Source: Deltaproteobacteria bacterium
GTDB taxonomy: Bacteria; JAEEML01
Direction: 5' to 3'
NCBI GenBank assembly: GCA_016283195.1
Contig: JAEEML010000057.1
Span: 1 to 40,229 of the forward strand
Length of the DNA stretch: 40,229 nucleotides
Each line of letters opens with the position of its first letter. The first letter of the stretch is position 1. The notes under the pieces were generated by a model. It was not told where the DNA came from. It saw nothing but the letters and a program-made list of their open reading frames with translations, and did no database searches. Positions 1 to 6,544 of the stretch are shown piece by piece. The translations under genes were made by a program, and so were the position numbers.

Positions 1-400
1 ATCATGGCGATTGAATCGTTATTACAGTTAAGGCCTACAGAGAGGCCAGCGCGGCCATATATAGCAATAGGGGCCCAAGAAGTCAGCAGGTTATTTTAAG
101 AGGAGAAGGATAGCTGGGCGAATTGCGGATATAAAATTGGGAAAAACTTGTGACTTGCCTTTTGAGTTATATTAGAGAATTTGGCGGCTGCCCCGCCAGG
201 TAAAATAAAAAGTCAAACCTGAGACATGAGTTTTTGAAATTTGGTAATCTGCTTTTCGCTTAAAAAGGCCAGCGGTGGAATCTTTGTGCGGTAATTATTG
301 AAATGGCGTTTAAACTTAGCTGGTAAGTTCACAATCTCATGTAAAGAGCGATGTTTCTTTCATGGAATAGTCCCCAATAGACTATTTATGACTTATTGAT

Positions 401-435
401 TTTTTTACCACTTTATGTCAGTTTTTTACCACTTT
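401..435. repeat. 14-bp direct repeat TTTTTTACCACTTT x2 (21-bp period), candidate regulator binding site
   Basis: Identical copies at 401-414 and 422-435, immediately upstream of a putative -35 at 443. Confidence 0.6.
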
Positions 436-442
436 TAACCAA

Positions 443-471
443 TTAACTTTTCTTTGAAGCGTACTTAAACT
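443..471 (+). promoter_or_regulatory. Putative sigma70 promoter for the DUF4417 cassette
   Basis: TTAACT (443-448)-N17-TAAACT (466-471); transcription would start just before the hairpins at 482. Confidence 0.35.
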
Positions 472-481
472 GAAACCATAA

Positions 482-627
482 ACTTCTGCCCTGGCATTAG
501 CGTTGCCGGAGCAGAAGTCGGCCGCCGATATACGGAGACCCGACAAAATGTCCCCACATTTGTCACCTCCTTATATCGGCTTGGCCCACATAAATCAACC
601 GTATTGTGTGTGAAGCCATGGTGGCTT
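482..627 (+). ncRNA. Structured 5' leader or candidate ncRNA (three stem-loops)
   Basis: ACTTCTGC/GCAGAAGT stem 482-518; long stem 520-586 (GCCGATATA/TATATCGGC, GGAG/CTCC, GACAAAATGT/ACATTTGTC); AAGCCA/TGGCTT 613-627. Confidence 0.4.
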
Positions 628-660
628 GTCGTGCAATACCTATTTAATAAGGAGTGTTAT

Positions 661-1380
661 ATGAAGAAGATTCGTAACGTTGGAAAACGCAAGGGAATAC
701 GCGACATTTGGTGGAATGCCTTTATGGTAAAAGAATGCCAAAATTGGAGTGATAACGATATCCCAGAATGCCCAACAGCGAGAATTGAAATTCCGCCTGA
801 TTTATTAACATGGCCGGAGGCAGTTAGGCTCCACAACAGGATGAAAAAGGAGGATAGCTATTATAAAAGCAGTGCATACATTTGCTTTTATTGCGATGAT
901 TATCTCTTTGATGGAACAAGAGGTGTTTGGCATTGTTATTATAAAGCTATTGAAATTATAAAACATTTTGCCGGGATAATTACCCCTGATTTCAGCACTT
1001 ATAAGGATTTCCCGAGACCGCTAAAGGCGTGGAATACTTATAGAATGCGAGCTTTTGGCTTTTGGTGCACCAGTCAGGGCATTAACGTGATAAATAATGT
1101 CAGATGGAGTGCTGATACACTGGATATCTGCTTCAAGGGCATTCCCAAAGATAGTGTTATTTGTCTTGGTACTATTGCCAGTGGACTCAAAAAAACGGCC
1201 AACAGAGCAGAATATGAACAATACCTGAAAATTATGATTCAGGAGCTAAGACCGCGAATCATCCTAATATATGGCTCAGCTCGGTACAAATTTTTCAAAG
1301 AATTGCAAGCGAGTGGTATTGTCGTAAAATCATATCAGACAGCTAGAAACAGAAAATACTGTAGTCGGGGGTTGTTATGA
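661..1380 (+). CDS. DUF4417 domain-containing protein
   Basis: Motifs FYCDDYLF, IITPDFSTYKDFP, WNTYRMR, GINVINNVRW are typical of DUF4417. AAGGAG RBS at about 649-654 favours ATG 661 over TTG 604. Confidence 0.8.
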   Translation: MKKIRNVGKRKGIRDIWWNAFMVKECQNWSDNDIPECPTARIEIPPDLLTWPEAVRLHNRMKKEDSYYKSSAYICFYCDDYLFDGTRGVWHCYYKAIEIIKHFAGIITPDFSTYKDFPRPLKAWNTYRMRAFGFWCTSQGINVINNVRWSADTLDICFKGIPKDSVICLGTIASGLKKTANRAEYEQYLKIMIQELRPRIILIYGSARYKFFKELQASGIVVKSYQTARNRKYCSRGLL

Positions 1381-1805
1381 GTAAAGATACAAGCGGTTTG
1401 TTTCCTGGTAAAAATATGAAGGAGACATTAACGTCAGGCTATGTGTATAAGAGTGGTGACCATATAGCATATATTTATAAAAATCCAAGTAATGCAGTGG
1501 CACATATGATTGTGCCACGTTTGCCCAAGAACCCGCAAGTATTGGTAAAAAATGGCTGGGAAGAGACAACACCGCCTGAAATGAGTAATAACACTAACTC
1601 ACAAACTTTTCATGATCCAGTAACCAATCTTGACATAAGATTTGATAAAGGTGAAAAAGGTGTACCAGGATTTGGTGGAAAAGACCATTACCATATTGAG
1701 AACCCGGATTCGACTGGCAAACATGATAAGTATTTAGATAAAGATGGCAATCCCTGTGCGAAGAATTCAAAAGCATCGCATATATTGCCAACTGAGGAGG
1801 GATAA
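1377..1805 (+). CDS. Small polymorphic-toxin-like protein (Ntox37-like predicted RNase domain)
   Basis: C-terminal LPKNP..L...GW.ETT..RFDKG..G..G..GKDHYH..NP.ST...D.YLDKDGNP....SKASHI pattern; ATGA overlap with the DUF4417 stop. Confidence 0.65.
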   Translation: MSKDTSGLFPGKNMKETLTSGYVYKSGDHIAYIYKNPSNAVAHMIVPRLPKNPQVLVKNGWEETTPPEMSNNTNSQTFHDPVTNLDIRFDKGEKGVPGFGGKDHYHIENPDSTGKHDKYLDKDGNPCAKNSKASHILPTEEG

Positions 1806-1808
1806 CAA

Positions 1809-2159
1809 ATGCAACTTGAAGATTTTATTGCTAATTATAACTTACACGACAGCCTTTTGGAAGAATGCATTTATGCCAAAGAAGAAGGAAAGCTCACCCT
1901 GCTGATTGACTTCTGTTATTGGGCGCAAAGCGCTTATAAAGATGGTGAAGCCGAAACAGGCCTTGTAACTGTCATATTTTACGATGTTTCAGCATTTAAG
2001 CGAGATGACTACGAAATTAATAGTGATGCAATTATTGGTATCAGGCAGTCTATGCCCGGCCAAGTAGAATTGGTAGTTCAGTGTGATGATAGGAGCATCC
2101 ATCTGTTTTCCTTTTATACGTCAGCTGTCGAGATTTGCACTGATTCTTCAATGCGCTGA
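1809..2159 (+). CDS. Putative immunity protein
   Basis: 116-aa acidic ORF 3 nt after the toxin stop, GAGGAGG RBS, N-terminal LHD motif. Function inferred from position. Confidence 0.55.
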   Translation: MQLEDFIANYNLHDSLLEECIYAKEEGKLTLLIDFCYWAQSAYKDGEAETGLVTVIFYDVSAFKRDDYEINSDAIIGIRQSMPGQVELVVQCDDRSIHLFSFYTSAVEICTDSSMR

Positions 2160-2206
2160 CTTCTATTCTACTAACAATACATGTATCGTAATTACAACAA
2201 ATACTA

Positions 2207-2235
2207 TTGACAATATTGTAAAAAATAGTTATACT
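2207..2235 (+). promoter_or_regulatory. sigma70 promoter, near consensus
   Basis: TTGACA (2207-2212)-N17-TATACT (2230-2235). Confidence 0.7.
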
Positions 2236-2324
2236 AACCGAGTCGCCTGTTGATTATGTCAGCAAAGTGATAATAAAATCTAAGTGTTGTAGCTTATAAG
2301 CTGCTACAATATATGGAGGTTGGT

Positions 2325-3353
2325 ATGGAAAGTATTAGTAAAATTAAACTGAATTTAGATGATGATGCAACTTCTGATTGTAATGCGTTTAAGTCTGCTA
2401 AGCAGGAAATAGAACAGACTGCTAGTTCAATCAAAACGCTAATGGATTCTTCTGCACTACAGTGTAAAAGCCTACAACAACCAATATTTCAATCCACACA
2501 GTTGTTTGAAAAACAACTACAACCGCTATCTAACTCAATGCAGCAATTACAAAAATTATGCCGACCAATAGGATGTACACAGTTGTTTCTAAACCAACCA
2601 CAACTACTATCTAATTCAATGCAACAATTACAAAAACTGTATCAACAGGTAGAATCTATACAACAATTTCAAAAACAGCAGCAAGGTGATTTGAAGGCAT
2701 TGATGGATAAGGCTACTTTATGCAACTTCAGTGAAATAATAAATGCAGCAATTAAGCGTAGTGACAATATGCGGCGGGAATATAATATTCAAGATTACCT
2801 GCCGTATAATTTTTACGCATCCAGGCGTGATTCAGAGATGGAGGAACTAAAAAACGAGATATACGAACTGAAAAAGGAGTTGCAAGCAAAGAACCAACAA
2901 AATACGGAGATTGATTCAGATAAGCACTCTTCGCAAGAAAACATTGAACTGCCTTATTCAGAGCAGGTTAAATATGAATCAAAAATTAACGCACTGGAAA
3001 ACAAGGTTAATGAACTCACAAGCGAATTATATGCCAAGAATAAACTAATTGAGGAACTGAAGTTATCCAATCATTCTCCGCAGGAAAACCTTGTGCTGGC
3101 TCATTCAGAGCGATTTAGGCAAGATTATGACAAATTAATAGAACTTGGCTATATGTGTAAGGCAGATGGTGGTTACTTGATATGGCTAAAAAGCAAGCAG
3201 TCTTTAGCTGAGTATTTTGGGTATCAAAAAAAGCGTGCCAAGTGGAAAGATATAGAGAATCTTTTCCAAACGAAAAGGCTATCACATTTATTGTCTGTAA
3301 CAGATAATGTTTCAAAAGACTACCTGGAATTAAAAACACTGTTACAATTATAG
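2325..3353 (+). CDS. Hypothetical Gln-rich coiled-coil protein with internal duplications
   Basis: Long AT-rich ORF; GGAGG at 2315-2319 favours ATG 2325 over 2313; 27-aa and 49-aa internal repeats. Confidence 0.7.
   Translation: MESISKIKLNLDDDATSDCNAFKSAKQEIEQTASSIKTLMDSSALQCKSLQQPIFQSTQLFEKQLQPLSNSMQQLQKLCRPIGCTQLFLNQPQLLSNSMQQLQKLYQQVESIQQFQKQQQGDLKALMDKATLCNFSEIINAAIKRSDNMRREYNIQDYLPYNFYASRRDSEMEELKNEIYELKKELQAKNQQNTEIDSDKHSSQENIELPYSEQVKYESKINALENKVNELTSELYAKNKLIEELKLSNHSPQENLVLAHSERFRQDYDKLIELGYMCKADGGYLIWLKSKQSLAEYFGYQKKRAKWKDIENLFQTKRLSHLLSVTDNVSKDYLELKTLLQL
2496..2678 (+). repeat. 81-bp (27-aa) imperfect tandem repeat, 2 copies plus a partial third
   Basis: ACACAGTTGTTT starts at 2496 and 2577; TQLF..Q.Q.LSNSMQQLQKL occurs twice. 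Confidence 0.8.
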
Positions 3354-3356
3354 ACT

Positions 3357-3436
3357 CTGCCAATATAGTCACCTAAACTGTTTGGGTAGAAGATAACCAG
3401 AGATGCGGTTAATCGCGTCTCTATATTGTGTAGCAG
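3357..3436. other. Intergenic branched stem-loop structure
   Basis: Outer stem CAATATAG (3361-3368)/CTATATTG (3421-3428) plus CTGC/GCAG encloses two hairpins at 3371-3387 and 3401-3420. Confidence 0.4.
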
Positions 3437-3439
3437 GCT

Positions 3440-3778
3440 GTGAAGATGAAAACTTATATTCTTTTTGCTGACAAAGCGCTTTCTTTTGAAAAGGCTAAAA
3501 TTATGCTTCAAAGCAGTTTTACCTGCAATGAAACATTGCCCAATCGCCTGACCATAGAGCTTTTAAGGGATCACCTCTATATCGATTTTGATAATGACAT
3601 ACGCGCGGATTATGAGGATGAGAAAATCAGAAATGCCGACTATAACTTCTATGCCATCCTTTATCATTCTGAGAAATTGGCCAGAGCTGTTATCAGGGAA
3701 CTAAAGAATTTTATTATATATGTTGATGATGATGAAGGTACTATTGAAGAAATAAATAAGTTCTTTGATAAAGCATAA
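3440..3778 (+). CDS. Hypothetical acidic protein (possibly an orphan immunity-like protein)
   Basis: 112-aa ORF in the AT-rich segment; GTG 3440 or ATG 3446 start; no recognised motif. Confidence 0.6.
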   Translation: MKMKTYILFADKALSFEKAKIMLQSSFTCNETLPNRLTIELLRDHLYIDFDNDIRADYEDEKIRNADYNFYAILYHSEKLARAVIRELKNFIIYVDDDEGTIEEINKFFDKA

Positions 3779-3795
3779 GTGCTCTGAGTTTTGGT

Positions 3796-3811
3796 GTCCA
3801 CGGTCGTGGAC
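3796..3811. repeat. Short GC-rich palindrome (REP-like or terminator) between convergent genes
   Basis: GTCCACG-GT-CGTGGAC. Confidence 0.35.
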
Positions 3812-3847
3812 GGAGAGAGAAAATACACCGCTTGTCAGCTTGGGCTT

Positions 3848-4813
3848 TCATAGCGCGAGTTCCATAGTGCTCTCTGCTCCTCTGGGTGAAATTTTAATAA
3901 AACTCTTTTGATTGCCCTTAGTTACTATATCGCCCGGCTCCAGATGGCCCAAGATGAGCGGCGAGTCCGGGTTGTGCAGTTTATAATTTTCGCGGGCTTT
4001 TTGGTGATCTTTAGTGGCATAGCAATATTTGCAGCCGTTTAAACAGGTATTATAGGCGCTGATGTCGCGGCTTTCGATGCAGTGGCAGCCACTACGCGTG
4101 CCCCTATGCTTAATATCGCGGAAGCTAAGGCCATTGGCCCGGCCCAGCATCTCCAGAGTCAGGCAGCCGGACTTTTGAATGCCATAGCGGGAAAAATCGC
4201 CGTTTGTGCCGCAGGTTTGGATATGGAGCTTATGGCGTGCGGCTATTTGGCCCAATATTTGGGCCAGAGTGTCCATTTCGCTATCGGACATGGGGTAGAG
4301 CTCCGGCATATTGTTTTCCAGCTTTTTATACATCTCCACAAAGCTGAAAATTACCCGGCTCACATGGCCGGCAAGGCGCCCGGCCATATACTCAAAAGTC
4401 TCGCGGTGGGCCTTAATAGTGTATTTTTTCGTGAGCAACACCGGGTCATAGCGCCAGCAAAGGCGCTCGGCGCCCACCAGCTTTTCCAGCTCGAGAAGAG
4501 TGGCTATGCTTTCGTCGATAGATGGCACCAATGGCTCTATATCCGGCCCGTAAGCTGTGATGGTATAATGAAAAAATGTATTAAAACGGCTGGTTATCTC
4601 ATGAAGATGAGGCAGAATAGGCCGATAATTTTTGGAGCAGAATATGATGCAGTCGATTTTATCGGGGGTCAGCTCGTAGCGCGTGACTTTATTCGGGAAA
4701 AGGGGATTTCGCACCAGCACAAAGCCCTCGGCAAAACGCTTTAAAAGCCAGGGGGTGAAAAACTGAACTGTATCGGTGCGGGCGCCGGTATTCAATATCA
4801 TGATATTACTCAC
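3848..4813 (-). CDS. DUF1848 domain-containing protein (C-terminal CxxxCxxC, radical-SAM-like)
   Basis: MILNTG.RTD start (ATG 4801 possible), WRYDP, GCHC..SRDI.AYNTCLNGCKYCYA. Confidence 0.88.
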   Translation of the reverse strand: MSNIMILNTGARTDTVQFFTPWLLKRFAEGFVLVRNPLFPNKVTRYELTPDKIDCIIFCSKNYRPILPHLHEITSRFNTFFHYTITAYGPDIEPLVPSIDESIATLLELEKLVGAERLCWRYDPVLLTKKYTIKAHRETFEYMAGRLAGHVSRVIFSFVEMYKKLENNMPELYPMSDSEMDTLAQILGQIAARHKLHIQTCGTNGDFSRYGIQKSGCLTLEMLGRANGLSFRDIKHRGTRSGCHCIESRDISAYNTCLNGCKYCYATKDHQKARENYKLHNPDSPLILGHLEPGDIVTKGNQKSFIKISPRGAESTMELAL

Positions 4814-5127
4814 TTTATCTGGTGGAAGATAGTGGCTCCCAGCGATTTTTCGCCGCCATTACGCGGGAGCCTTTTAGCACAGGCTGGCAGGGCGAGGAAG
4901 AGTGAATAATGGGTTCTTACCACAAAATTTGCGACGCGGCGGCCGGGTATCGGCTATAGTGGCGCGGCGTGGCGCGTTTTATAGAACTATATGAGTAAAC
5001 CGGCGCTACCCTCCGGTAAATGAAATAACACTTTAAGTAAAACTGCCTCGCCTCTATCTTTTAGAGCCTCTTTTATGCTATGGGGGAGATGGCCGGTAGC
5101 TAACCGGCAAAAATAGCGGAGAAAAAG

Positions 5128-5637
5128 ATGGAAGGTACTTTTACGCCTCGAGAAGCGCTGGATGAACTGGAGGCTATAATACTAAAAATGTGCCCTGAGC
5201 AGGCAGTGAATGGGCTTACAGAACTGCCGCTTATTGCTTTAAGTGGCGGTATTCATTCGGCTTTAGTTGCGGCAGCCATAAATCGCCACCTGCCGTTGCG
5301 CTCCTTTACTGTGCTTTTGCCGGGCGAGGAGCCGCCCAAAGAGCTGGAAAAGATCGTGGAGTTTTTAGGCACCACGCATACCGAATATGTGCCGAGCAGT
5401 GCAGAGCTGGCACTTTGGAAAGAAGAATACCAAAAACAGGCCGCTAACAAGCTGTCTTTTAACGATTTCCTCCTTTTTGCGGCGGCTGAAAAGCTTGGCT
5501 ATGAGACTTTTTATAGCGGGCACCATGAGACCATACCGGTTTTAAGCGGTGTAAAGAGGCGCTCGCCGCTCGCGGAAATAGCTTTAAATCCGGCAGATTA
5601 TAAGGCTATGGCTGCGCGGTATTTGCCATGTCTCTAA
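5128..5637 (+). CDS. Short asparagine-synthase C-terminal-like (PP-loop) protein, degenerate
   Basis: LIALSGGIHSALVAA..PLRSFTV..A/V..LGTTHTE resembles the SGGLDS region of AsnB; only 169 aa; GGAG RBS. Confidence 0.55.
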   Translation: MEGTFTPREALDELEAIILKMCPEQAVNGLTELPLIALSGGIHSALVAAAINRHLPLRSFTVLLPGEEPPKELEKIVEFLGTTHTEYVPSSAELALWKEEYQKQAANKLSFNDFLLFAAAEKLGYETFYSGHHETIPVLSGVKRRSPLAEIALNPADYKAMAARYLPCL

Positions 5638-6347
5638 AAGTGAACGGTGATATTTACGAAGAGAGGCCGGTAGTGCGGCGGCTTTATTTGCCGGAACTCG
5701 GCCGGCTTGAAGCGGGGAAAGTGCTGAGCCCAAGCGGTGATGAGCTGCATTATGCCACAAGTGTTCTGCGCCTAAAAGATGGCGAATATATTGAGTTTTT
5801 TGATGGCGAAGGCCATTTTGCTGAGGGGCAGATTATAAAGAGCAATAAGCGCGAGTTACTTTTAGAACTTGGTGAAATAAATCATACTCCCCCCATAGCT
5901 GCCCCTTTTTTGGCTGTCGGCTATTGCAAGCGTTTTGATGAAGTATTGGAGAAGGCTACCGAGCTCGGAGCCGGCGCGATTATTCCCCTGAATTTGGAGC
6001 GCACGGCTATTAGCCTAAAGAGCGCCAAAGCAGACCATTTTGCCAAAGTGGTGCTGGCTGCCGCCCGCCAGTGCCGGCGCTACTATTTACCTGAAATTTG
6101 GCCGCTCACCACGCTAAGGGAACTTTTGCAGCAAATTCCCCGGCCGGCGGTGGCTCTGCCCCACGGGGCGCCCATGAGCAATTTGCCCGAAAAACCTAAA
6201 TGTCTGCTTATTGGGCCGGAGGGCGGTTTCAGCCCGGCCGAAGTGGCGCTCTTTAAAGAGCTTGAACTTCCGGCTTTTGGTCTTGGGCCGCATATTTTGC
6301 GCGTCGAAACGGCGGCGGCGGCCAGTTTGGCAGTTTATTGGCAGTAG
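5628..6347 (+). CDS. rsmE: 16S rRNA (uracil(1498)-N3)-methyltransferase
   Basis: HY..SVLRL, EKATELG, A.RQCRR, LIGPEGGFS, LGPHILRVETAA. Confidence 0.95.
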   Translation: MSLKVNGDIYEERPVVRRLYLPELGRLEAGKVLSPSGDELHYATSVLRLKDGEYIEFFDGEGHFAEGQIIKSNKRELLLELGEINHTPPIAAPFLAVGYCKRFDEVLEKATELGAGAIIPLNLERTAISLKSAKADHFAKVVLAAARQCRRYYLPEIWPLTTLRELLQQIPRPAVALPHGAPMSNLPEKPKCLLIGPEGGFSPAEVALFKELELPAFGLGPHILRVETAAAASLAVYWQ

Positions 6348-6355
6348 ATTAAAAA

Positions 6356-6535
6356 TCAGGTCGGCCCAATCATGCCGTAATTGGCTTCACATTCCCAATC
6401 AAGCTTGGATTCTGAAGGGTCACAGCCGCAAAGTGCCATATCCGAACAGAGTGGTTCGGTGTTAATTTGCGGTTTTACATAAGGTTTTTTATCCTTTAAA
6501 GCGGTGTCTTTATTTTTTTGCAGCTCGTTATTCAT
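6356..6535 (-). CDS. Putative RiPP precursor peptide, 59 aa (not in the ORF track): MNNELQKNKDTALKDKKPYVKPQINTEPLCSDMALCGCDPSESKLDWECEANYGMIGPT
   Basis: Manual translation of the minus strand; AGGAG RBS 6 nt before ATG, overlapping the upstream TAG; KKPYVKPQI leader motif; 4 Cys; PqqD gene in the same operon. Confidence 0.8.
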   Translation of the reverse strand: MNNELQKNKDTALKDKKPYVKPQINTEPLCSDMALCGCDPSESKLDWECEANYGMIGPT

Positions 6536-6544
6536 TTTAAACTC

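Noticed and set aside
1-200. Possible gene end at the window edge (frame 1 open to 99) and hairpin 182-198
   Set aside because: Too short to assign a strand or product.
604-660. N-terminal extension of the DUF4417 ORF from TTG 604
   Set aside because: The AAGGAG RBS precedes ATG 661, and the extension overlaps a leader hairpin.
4082-4744. 220-aa plus-strand ORF and the many other antisense ORFs in the track
   Set aside because: Shadows of well-supported genes on the opposite strand, with no recognisable domains.
4814-5127. Tiny ORFs, GC-rich hairpins or a tRNA in the divergent intergenic region
   Set aside because: ORFs are under 20 codons without motifs, and there is no cloverleaf or T-loop consensus.
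6425-6472. Hairpin (CCGCAAA/TTTGCGG, CCGAAC/GTTCGG) as an independent ncRNA
   Set aside because: It lies inside the precursor ORF and could at most serve as a terminator for convergent rsmE; no independent support.
6356-6535. Canonical lasso peptide cluster
   Set aside because: YxxP is present, but there is no Thr at -2 before a suitable core start, no B2 transglutaminase-like peptidase, and the nearby AsnB-like ORF is too short and degenerate for a cyclase.
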